Assembly (NCBI GenBank): GCA_026014495.1
Contig: JAOZIF010000126.1
Span: forward strand, 1-15,866
From: Candidatus Bathyarchaeum sp.
Lineage (GTDB): Archaea > Thermoproteota > Bathyarchaeia > Bathyarchaeales > Bathyarchaeaceae
DNA: 15,866 nt
Direction: 5' to 3'
Under the pieces are notes generated by a model. That model was given only the letters and a program-made list of their open reading frames with translations, made no database searches and was not told the origin of the DNA. Numbering within the stretch: the stretch's first letter is position 1; each line of letters starts with the position of its first letter. Positions 1-8,167 of this stretch are shown piece after piece. Both the position numbers and the translations under genes were made by a program.

Positions 1-1
1 A

Positions 2-415
2 TTAAAAGAATATGAATCCGCAGTCGACATAGCAAAAGCTATGGACGATGACATATCCAGGACAAAAAGCATCCTTGGAGAATACTTACGCAGACTAGAC
101 TCGATACGAAATCTAGCCGAGAGATCAAAGAAGATACGTGAAGTAGTCTTTAAGCTCGCTGGCAAAAAGTCAGCACAAAGCAGCCTCGGAGAGATAACCG
201 TCGGCGACCTAAGCGTAATCCTAGACGCAAACCCATTCCACGAACTAACAGCAATCGAGCAAGTCGTTCGCAGTCAGCAAGACAGGCTATTAGTACTCCA
301 AAAAGCACGCGATGCACTAAACTGGGTCGACCAAATAGGAGACACTGAAGGACTCAAGTATTTGGTTATGGAAAACGACGGGGTTCCAGAGAGAATTCTG
401 CTCAAGATCTCCTAG
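2..415 (+). CDS. Hypothetical protein, helical/coiled-coil N-terminal half; 5'-truncated or starting upstream of the called ATG at 41
   Basis: The frame is open from position 2 (LKEYESAVDIAKA-MDDDISR...), so ATG 41 may not be the true start. Heptad-like stretch ISRTKSILGEYLRRLDSIRNLAERSKKIREVV. Co-oriented with the two roadblock genes, 22-bp gap to the next gene. Confidence 0.75.
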   Translation, partial: LKEYESAVDIAKAMDDDISRTKSILGEYLRRLDSIRNLAERSKKIREVVFKLAGKKSAQSSLGEITVGDLSVILDANPFHELTAIEQVVRSQQDRLLVLQKARDALNWVDQIGDTEGLKYLVMENDGVPERILLKIS

Positions 416-437
416 ATCAGACAGGATGTGAAAAACA

Positions 438-1148
438 ATGAACAGGGAACCCTGCGCCATTGCCTTAACCACTGCATTAAATGAGATCCAAAAGGCGTAC
501 CCTGAAATCAAACATTCTTTCATTTTTACTCATAATAAATCAATAATTACTGGAGACCAAAAAACCGACGAAAAAACCATACAACAGATACTGGAATCTT
601 TAGAATCCTTAAAACAAAAAACAAAAACAATTGGCAATCTCAAAAGCTTTAGCGTCAACGGAAAAAACGGCAAACTAATCATATTCGACATCCAGGACAA
701 CTGCCTTGTCTTGGCAACATCCAAAAATATCGACAAATCTCACATTTACTCCATAACCCACGTAATAATTCCAACAATCCTAAAAACCATGGAAATATTA
801 ACACCTCCCACAACTCAAGTTACGCCACAAAAAAAACTGGTTGTTGACACACTCAGTGGATTCTTTTCCAGAGACTCTGTGCAAATTGATGCAGAAACAC
901 TAATTGAATGGACACAAAACCCTAACCCACACGACCAAACAAACTCTACAAGAACACAAGAAACCAGTCAAGAACCAATTGACCATGTCAAAATCGAAAC
1001 GATAAACGGTAATTCTACACTCTGCAAAGTTAAGGAAATTAACGACCAAAAACTGAAAGGAAAAAACATAATCAGAATTCCCGAAAAAATCTGTAACATA
1101 CTCGAAATCAAAAAAGGAGATACAGTAAAAGTTAAACCAATGACATAG
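438..1148 (+). CDS. Roadblock/LC7 (MglB/LAMTOR-like) domain fused to a C-terminal CDC48_N-like double-psi beta-barrel
   Basis: aa ~5-120 follow the roadblock alpha-beta-beta-alpha-beta-beta-beta-alpha pattern (ALNEIQKAYPEIKHSFIF...IGNLKSFSVNGKNGKLIIFDIQDNCLVLATS). A T/P/Q linker follows. The C-terminus has VQIDAETL...VKIETINGNSTLCKV...GKNIIRIPEKICNILEIKKGDTVKVKP, resembling the CDC48/VAT N-domain motif GIIRMD...GDxVKV. Assigned by eye. Confidence 0.65.
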   Translation: MNREPCAIALTTALNEIQKAYPEIKHSFIFTHNKSIITGDQKTDEKTIQQILESLESLKQKTKTIGNLKSFSVNGKNGKLIIFDIQDNCLVLATSKNIDKSHIYSITHVIIPTILKTMEILTPPTTQVTPQKKLVVDTLSGFFSRDSVQIDAETLIEWTQNPNPHDQTNSTRTQETSQEPIDHVKIETINGNSTLCKVKEINDQKLKGKNIIRIPEKICNILEIKKGDTVKVKPMT

Positions 1149-1158
1149 AGGTACACAA

Positions 1159-1515
1159 ATGCCAGACACAAAATCAGAAACAAAAAATAGCGAAGAAGAC
1201 AATGAAGAACTGCGAAAAAAACTGCAGGAACTTAAGAATCAAAAAGGAATACTTGGGTATATAGTAAGAGACTCTCAATCAGCATCAATAGATCTTAAGG
1301 ATCCCACAAAAATAATCGATTATGCGCTTCTTTCATCCACAGCCTTTGACATAGGATGTGACATGACAGAAACTCTGCAGATGGGCGAATTAGATAACCT
1401 AGTTGTGGAAAGCGAAGAAACAAAACTGTTATTCATGAATATCAATGACCGTCGTCTCAACATATTTATGGAAAAAAATGTTGACCACAACAAGTTGTAC
1501 ACGGACTTGAAATAA
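1159..1515 (+). CDS. Roadblock/LC7 domain protein
   Basis: LQELKNQKGILGYIV...LLSSTAFDIGCDMTETLQMGELDNLVVESEETKLLFMNINDRRLNIFMEK fits the roadblock pattern. GAGGT Shine-Dalgarno-like motif at 1148-1152. Confidence 0.8.
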   Translation: MPDTKSETKNSEEDNEELRKKLQELKNQKGILGYIVRDSQSASIDLKDPTKIIDYALLSSTAFDIGCDMTETLQMGELDNLVVESEETKLLFMNINDRRLNIFMEKNVDHNKLYTDLK

Positions 1516-1522
1516 ATTCCCC

Positions 1523-1543
1523 TTTTTTAAAAAGATTTTTTTT
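1523..1543 (+). terminator. Putative archaeal oligo-T terminator after the roadblock operon
   Basis: T6 (1523-1528) and T8 (1536-1543) tracts directly after the stop at 1515. Confidence 0.5.
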
Positions 1544-1771
1544 ATCAAACACGCCCTAAACAAAAACTGGCTCTGAAAAGCGATAATTAGGAACCCTATC
1601 AAACAATTTTCATTTACGTTACCACTTTGTTCAGATCTTCTAGTTTTGCTTTAGAAAATTGTTTAGCTGTAGCAGTTCAGAGATAAATCTAAAAGTGTTA
1701 CTATTGTAACTGGTCTTTACAGCGTAACATATTTGTATGTTCGATTTTGACGAGATGCTGAGTTGAGAAAC

Positions 1772-2611
1772 ATGGGAAAGCTGATGGGATTCATTCAGAT
1801 AATCCGACCACTAAACTGCGTCATGATGGGATTTGCAGTAATAGTGGGCGCATCTTTGGTTTCCACACTCAACTTTACACCAAATCTGTTCCTAGGGTTT
1901 GCAACATCCTTTGCCTTGACCGCTGCATCCATGGTGATAAACGACTTCTACGACCGTAAAATCGATGCCATCAACGAGCCAAACCGTCCAATTCCGAGAG
2001 GCGACATCAGCCCAAAACAAGCTCTGATATTCGCTTTTGCTTTGAGTTTAACCGGATTTGTAGCAGCATTCAAAACTAACCTGCCAAGTCTTATGGCGGC
2101 GGTAGGGGCGTGGATTATTTCAATAACATACATTACTAAAGGAAAGGGCACTGGGCTACCAGGAAATTTTTTGGTCAGCGCAACAGTTGTAATGCCGTTC
2201 ATTTATGGTGGATTATCTGTAGGGCAACTTGAAAGCTCCACATTACTATTTGTTGCAATAGTCTTTTTTTCTAACACAGCAAGAGAAGTAACAAAAGGAA
2301 TTGTAGATGTTGAAGGCGACAGGTCTCACAAAATCAGAACAATAGCAGTGACACATGGAGAAAAGGCAGCGGCAATTGTTGCAACAATTTTCTCTTTTTT
2401 GGCGGTCTGTCTTAGTCCATTACCGTGGATGTTGGGGCTAGTTTCGGACCTGTTTGTTCCTCCAGTAATCGTAACAGACCTAGGCCTGATAGTCTCTTCT
2501 GTTTTACTTCTTCAAGACTACTCTAGAACTAACGCCAAAAAAATAAAGAACCTGAACCTAGTTTGGTTTGTTACGGGACTTGTTGCTTTCATTCTGGGCA
2601 CAATTACATAA
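1772..2611 (+). CDS. UbiA-family prenyltransferase, probable digeranylgeranylglyceryl phosphate (DGGGP) synthase
   Basis: IIRPLNC start, first Asp-rich motif NDFYDRKIDAINEPNRPIPRG, second motif AREVTKGIVDVEGD, multiple TM helices. ATG 1772 preferred over TTG 1763. Confidence 0.88.
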   Translation: MGKLMGFIQIIRPLNCVMMGFAVIVGASLVSTLNFTPNLFLGFATSFALTAASMVINDFYDRKIDAINEPNRPIPRGDISPKQALIFAFALSLTGFVAAFKTNLPSLMAAVGAWIISITYITKGKGTGLPGNFLVSATVVMPFIYGGLSVGQLESSTLLFVAIVFFSNTAREVTKGIVDVEGDRSHKIRTIAVTHGEKAAAIVATIFSFLAVCLSPLPWMLGLVSDLFVPPVIVTDLGLIVSSVLLLQDYSRTNAKKIKNLNLVWFVTGLVAFILGTIT

Positions 2612-2933
2612 TTTTGCTTCCTGCGACAATGTCCCTTTCGGGAGTAAGCAATGCTACGTTTCCCACATTATCATCTTCGGCAGCTAAAATCATACACTGG
2701 GACTCTAGTCCCATGAGCTTTCTTCGTTGCAGATTCAACAAAAAAGCAAATTTTTTGCCCACTAACTCTTCAGGTTCATAATAATTTAGTATTCCCGCCA
2801 CGCACTGCCTCTTCTCAAAACCAAAATCGACAACAAGTTTAATCAGATTTCTTGACCCAGGAATCTGTTCTGCCTCTTCAATTTCGCCAATACGTATATC
2901 AATCTTCTTGAAGTCGTCAAACGTTATTTCCAT
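2604..2933 (-). CDS. Stand-alone tRNA-binding OB-fold protein (MetRS C-terminal domain / Trbp111 / CsaA family)
   Basis: ITFDDFKKIDIRIGEIEEAEQIPGSRNLIKLVVDFG...RQCVAGI...NLQRRKLMGLESQCMILAA matches the family signature. Confidence 0.9.
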   Translation of the reverse strand: MEITFDDFKKIDIRIGEIEEAEQIPGSRNLIKLVVDFGFEKRQCVAGILNYYEPEELVGKKFAFLLNLQRRKLMGLESQCMILAAEDDNVGNVALLTPERDIVAGSKIM

Positions 2934-3097
2934 ATTAAGCCACCAATAACAATTTCATTCATGTCCAAAATTTTAAACTTTATCTATCCATTGTAATGGC
3001 TTCATTTTTCAGAATACAGCTGTTAGAGCATGTTCTTTTGGGTACAACTCAAAAGTTACTTGGGCTCATGTGCTACCTGAAGTTGATGGCTTAGATT

Positions 3098-5738
3098 TCA
3101 GTTTTTGTTCTTTTTGTGCACGATTATCGTGAATTGGGCTCCTTTGCCGGGTGTACCTGTTTCTTTGATTGACCAACCATATGATTCACAAATTTTCTGT
3201 ATAAGATAAAGTCCATAACCTGTACATTTGCCATAGCCTTCATTGAAGATTAACTCTTTTTCAGCTTCGGGTATTCCTATACCGTTGTCCTCATAAATCA
3301 GCTGTAACATGTCGTCGTTTTCTTTGTAGTGCACCCTGATTTTGGTGACTTTTTTGCCATGTTTCATAGAGTTATCAATCAAATTGTAAAAGAATTGCAG
3401 CAGTTGTGAATCTGCCATTACAGTTAAACCGCAACATTCATTTTCGAGTTTAGTGTCGCCCAAACCTGAAAACAATATCACAGCTTCGTTGACAATCTTC
3501 TCAACATCCACGTAAGAGCGATCTTCTACTCCAATCATCTCATAGATTCTTGCAAAACCAAAAATATCAGTTATCTGACTAATAGCCAATTCAATCGAAT
3601 CCAAGTATTTTGAGGCACTGTGATTGGTCGTCAGACTTTGGTTAGCCAAATACACATTGTTTGCTATAACTGATAGTTTATTTCGGGCATCATGTCTAGT
3701 TGCTTTGCCAACAACACGTAGTTTTTCAATAACGCGCTCTAGTTCATTTACCATATTGTCAACTGCGATTTCTGCATTTTTGCGGTCAGTGATGTCACGA
3801 AATGTTCCTTGGAGTATTCTTTTGTTATTTACTGTAAATTCAGATGCTTTGATTAGAACATCTTTGATTTGCCCTTTTTTAGTTATAATTTGCGTTTTAT
3901 CAATGCTTTTAATTTTTTCGTCACAATGTTTCTTGAAACCTGGTGTAACACCTTTTGTGCACTCTTCTGTAGGATGAAGGATACGTTGAGTTTTGCCAAT
4001 TAATTCCGATTTAGTTCTGCCAACTAGTTTGGTTGCTGCGCGGTTGCAGTCAACTATTATTCCTGTTTTAGCATCAGCCAAGAAAATAGCATCAAGTGCC
4101 TCCTCAAACAGTTTACGATATTTTTCTTCAGAATTCTTTAGTTCGTGTTCAACCTTTTTGTTTTCGGTGACATCTTTTAATATGCCTACAGCATAAACGT
4201 TACTTCCAACTGTAATCGTTTTCAAAGATAGTTCAATTGGGACTCTTTTATGGTCCTTCGTAAGCCCAACAGTGAAGAATGGTTTTCCTTCAGGTATATT
4301 ACCAGTATTTTCAAATTTTTGTACTCTAGGTCTAGCTTGGGGAAGAACATCTGGAGGAACTATAGAAAAAATCTTTTTTCTGGTTATTTCTTTTTTTGAA
4401 TAGCCAAAAATTTTTTGGAATGCGTTATTGCAGTAAGTAATATTCCCTTTCGGGTCAATTAGAGCTATTGCATCATTTATGGAATTTACTATAGTGCTAA
4501 ACTTTTCTTCGCTTTCAATTAACGAGTCTTCAGCTTTCTTTCGTTCGGTTATGTCTAATGCAATTTCTGTTGCACTAATTATTTCGCCATTTTCATTTCT
4601 TATTGACGTAGCAGTTATATCAAGATGTGTGTAATTCCCAGTTGGACCTAGAATTACTTGGTTGTGAGTAATTTGGTCTTTTCCTGTTTCAAAAATCTCT
4701 TTTACTCCACAGTTAGAGCAAACGGATTTTCTATGGTGCAAGGCAGTGTAACACTTTTTCCCGATTACGTCACCGCATGCATCAAGTATTACCTTGTTTG
4801 CGTAGAGAACCTTGAAATCTTTTGAAATTACAGTTAAGCCCAGCACTAGTATTTTTTGTAACCGTTTCAAGCATTTCACGTTGTTGTCTAATTGCATTTT
4901 CAGCGTTCTTGCGTTCTGTAATGTCGACATTATACCCATTCCAAATAATGCTTCCATCCGCTTGTTTTTCAGGCACAGATTTCCCTAACATCCACTTGAT
5001 GGAACCACCCGGAAGTTGGACTCTGTACTCGCACTCCCAAAGAGTAAGATTTTCAGCTGAAAAAAGGATTGAATTTAACACTTTATCATAATCTTGTGGA
5101 TGAATAACGTTGATAATTGGAGAAAAATCAGACTTTACCGCTTCCGGAGAACAACCAAAGATTTCTTTGATAGCGTTTGTAGAAAAAGGTACACAAAAAG
5201 TACCATCAATGTTCATTTTAAACTGATATACCATGCCGGGCATCTGAGATGAAATTTTTAGAAACCGTTCTTCATTTTCTTTTAAAGCCTGTTCTATTTT
5301 GCGTTTTTTTATAAGTTGTTGCAGGTAATATGATAATTCCCCATAAACTGTTTCGGGTTTACCTACTTTGTTAATATACTGATTAGCACCAAGATTCAAC
5401 GCTTTAATTGCAACATCTTCTCTGCCTTTTCCGGTAAACAGAATAAATGGAATATTTTTGTCTTTTTTTCTCAATTCAGTTAAAAACGTTAGTCCGTCTT
5501 TTTCTGGCATCTGATAGTCAGAAACAATCACATCAAAATCTGTGACCTCCAGTTTTTTCATCGCTTTTTTAACTGATGAGGCTGTTTCGATTTGAAATGG
5601 ACCAATTGTTTCCAAAATTTGTTTTGTGGTTGTTAGTAAACCAAGTTCATCATCTACATGTAAAATATGGATTAGTTGTTCCTTTTTGATGGGTGTAGTA
5701 GAGTGGATGAATTTTAATTCTACAACAGGAGTTACCAT
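3098..5738 (-). pseudogene. Hybrid sensor kinase REC-PAS-PAS-PAS-PAS-HisKA-HATPase interrupted by a 1-nt frameshift (true pseudogene, sequencing error or recoding)
   Basis: ORF 4782..5738 carries REC (LHVDDE, SDYQMP, FTGKG, K) plus PAS. ORF 3098..4957 carries three PAS domains, H-box HDARNKL, N-box NLIDNSMKHG, DNGIGI and GYGKCTGYGL. Removing one base from CCC at 4839-4841 joins them (..VTKNTSAG-LTVISKDFKVLYANK..) into 2640 nt, 879 aa. Confidence 0.85.
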
Positions 5739-6138
5739 AGTGATTACTCAACTTTTCGTCTAGTATTAACTCATATTCCTAAACCATCACGCATACAACA
5801 TTTAACAATTATGGAATTTAGGTATGAATCTAAAATATAGTCGTTCTGATTCTGAATATATGTAATGTTTATTTTATTTTTTTGTATTGATAATGTAAGC
5901 ATAAACATAAACGATGCATCTCCTCGATTAAAAAAACAATAATAAAACCACGAATTGCTAAATAGGTAGTCTTCATTAACAACTATACTCCTACAAACAA
6001 TTAGCAAAATCACCAAAAAACCAACCAAAAACAAGCATAAATATTTCGCAAATACACATATCCAAAACAACATCAACTGTTTTAAGCATGACAAAACACA
6101 AATAATAGACGTACAAAAAAGCTACATTGGTGAAAAAA

Positions 6139-7059
6139 ATGCTAGTTACAAACAAGGAAGTTTTGTCCGTTGCTTCCGCTGGAGGCTACGCAGTTGGAGC
6201 ATTCAACATCAACAACATGGAAATTTTGCAAGCCATCATCGAAACAGCCAAAGAAGAAAAGTCACCAATAATCGTATCTGCGAGTCCAAGCGCAGTCAAG
6301 TACGCTGGACTAGACTACTTGGTTGCAATGGTTAAAGCCGCAGCAAAAACAAATCCAGACATACCAATGACTCTGCATTTAGACCATGGAAAAGACATCG
6401 AAACAGCCCAGATGTGTATTAACGGCGGATTCACCTCAGTCATGATTGATGGTTCACACTTAGATTTTGAAGGAAACATCGCCATGACAAAGCATGTTGT
6501 GGAGATAGCGCGCTCAAAAGGCGTCTCAGTAGAAGCAGAACTTGGAAAACTAGTTTCACAAGAAGCAACAGCTCAAGGCGCAGAAGACCCATACACTGAC
6601 CCTGATAATGCTAAAGAATTTGTCGATCGAACAGGTGTAGACTCTCTGGCAGTTGCCATAGGCACATCGCATGGAGCCTACAAGTTCAAGGGCGACGTGA
6701 AACTGGATTTTGACCGATTAAAAGACATTAGAAGAAAAGTTAACGTTCCACTTGTTTTACATGGCGCTTCTGGTGTTCCTTCGTGGATTGTTGAGAAGGC
6801 AACAAAGTATGGCGCAGAACTCAGTGGAGCTAAAGGAATTCCTGATAAGCATATAAAATGTGCAATCTCTTTGGGTATAGCAAAAATCAACATCGACACT
6901 GATTTGAGGCTTGCATTTACGGGTTCAGTTCGTGAAGTTTTGGTCACGTCACCTAAGGTATATGACCCCCGCAAGATTTTGGGGCCAGCCAAAGAAAACA
7001 TGAAACGGGTTGTCCAAGAAAAAATGCGCCTCTTCGGAAGCTCGGGTAAGGCTGTTTAG
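6139..7059 (+). CDS. fba: Fructose-1,6-bisphosphate aldolase, class II (Zn-dependent, bacterial type B)
   Basis: YAVGAFNINNME, LHLDHG, SVMIDGSH, VEAELG, AIGTSHGAYKFKG, LVLHGASG, KINIDTDLR, DPRK. ATG 6139 is preceded by GGTGA (6129-6133), so it is preferred over TTG 6127. Confidence 0.95.
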   Translation: MLVTNKEVLSVASAGGYAVGAFNINNMEILQAIIETAKEEKSPIIVSASPSAVKYAGLDYLVAMVKAAAKTNPDIPMTLHLDHGKDIETAQMCINGGFTSVMIDGSHLDFEGNIAMTKHVVEIARSKGVSVEAELGKLVSQEATAQGAEDPYTDPDNAKEFVDRTGVDSLAVAIGTSHGAYKFKGDVKLDFDRLKDIRRKVNVPLVLHGASGVPSWIVEKATKYGAELSGAKGIPDKHIKCAISLGIAKINIDTDLRLAFTGSVREVLVTSPKVYDPRKILGPAKENMKRVVQEKMRLFGSSGKAV

Positions 7060-7071
7060 AAGGAAAACTCG

Positions 7072-8100
7072 GTGAAGGTCGGAGTGCTCAGTGGGGGAGG
7101 TGATGCTCCGGGAATAAACGCAGTAATAAGAGCGGTAGTGCGGAAAGGTATTCGTAACTACGGTTATGAAATGATTGGCGTTTTGGATGGGTGGCGGGGA
7201 CTGGTTGAAGGCTCTTTTACACCTTTGAATCTGGAAACTATTTCTGGTTTACTTCCTCGTGGAGGCTCAATTTTAGGAACCTCCAGAACTAACCCATTCA
7301 AACGCGAAGGAGACACTCAAAAGGTCTTAGATAACGCCAACAAGAAAGGAATAGACACAGTAGTTGTTATTGGTGGGGACGACACTCTTGGCGTAGCCCT
7401 CAAAATGGGGGAATTAGGACTTAAGTGTGTGGGAGTTCCAAAAACAATCGACAATGACCTAGGCTTAACTGACTACACTTTTGGTTTTAACACCGCTGTT
7501 CACATCGCGTGTGAAGCTATCGACAGGCTGCACACCACGGCTGAGGCACATCACAGAGTAATGATAATTGAGGTAATGGGCAGATATACGGGCTGGATTG
7601 CTTTAGAGGCGGGAATAGCTGGAGGAGCAGACATTGTTTTGATTCCCGAGAAACCTTTTAACATAGACGAAATATGTAAGCACATAAAACAAAGGCATGA
7701 CAGAGGCAAAGCCTTTAGTTTGGTTGTTGTTTCTGAGGGAGCGAAACCCAAAGGTGCCCAAAGAATAATTTATGGAGCAGGTTCAGACGAGTTTGGAAAC
7801 CCGCGGCTAGGTGGCATAGGGTACTATGTTGGGAAGGAAATTGAAAGGTGCATAGGAATCGAAACACGTGTTGTGGTTCTTGGGCATCTTCAACGTGGTG
7901 GTTCTCCAACAGCTTTTGATCGAGTGTTGGCAACAAGGTATGGAATTGCTGCTATAGACTTGGTTCACAACAACCAGTTTGGGAACATGGTTGCGCTTCA
8001 AGGAAATCAGATTGTTTTGGTTCCATTAAAGGATGTGATCGGTAAGCGGAAATCTGTAGATTTGGGGCTCTACGAAATAGCTAAGGTGTTCTCGGGCTAG
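7072..8100 (+). CDS. pfkA: 6-phosphofructokinase, PfkA superfamily group III (mixed-substrate clade; PPi-type signature)
   Basis: SGGGDAPGINA, GGSILGTSR, IGGDDTL, VPKTIDND, EVMGR, LGHLQRGG. GTG start 12 bp after fba with AGGA upstream. Confidence 0.93.
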   Translation: MKVGVLSGGGDAPGINAVIRAVVRKGIRNYGYEMIGVLDGWRGLVEGSFTPLNLETISGLLPRGGSILGTSRTNPFKREGDTQKVLDNANKKGIDTVVVIGGDDTLGVALKMGELGLKCVGVPKTIDNDLGLTDYTFGFNTAVHIACEAIDRLHTTAEAHHRVMIIEVMGRYTGWIALEAGIAGGADIVLIPEKPFNIDEICKHIKQRHDRGKAFSLVVVSEGAKPKGAQRIIYGAGSDEFGNPRLGGIGYYVGKEIERCIGIETRVVVLGHLQRGGSPTAFDRVLATRYGIAAIDLVHNNQFGNMVALQGNQIVLVPLKDVIGKRKSVDLGLYEIAKVFSG

Positions 8101-8167
8101 AAAATAAAACATTTTTGATTGTTGCTAAATGAAAGGGGAAAAAATAGAACCACATATTAGCGGTTGT

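Noticed and set aside
1697-1710. GTTAC-N4-GTAAC dyad upstream of DGGGP synthase
   Set aside because: A 5-bp-arm palindrome is expected by chance and has no second full copy; too weak to call.
4842-4957. N-terminus MEALFGMGIMSTLQN... of ORF 3098..4957 as a real protein start
   Set aside because: It is an out-of-frame read-through of the upstream REC-PAS coding region; PAS-like sequence in this frame begins only after the frameshift.
5771-6094. 107-aa minus-strand ORF between the kinase and fba
   Set aside because: Low-complexity translation of an AT-rich divergent promoter region with no recognisable motif; probably spurious.
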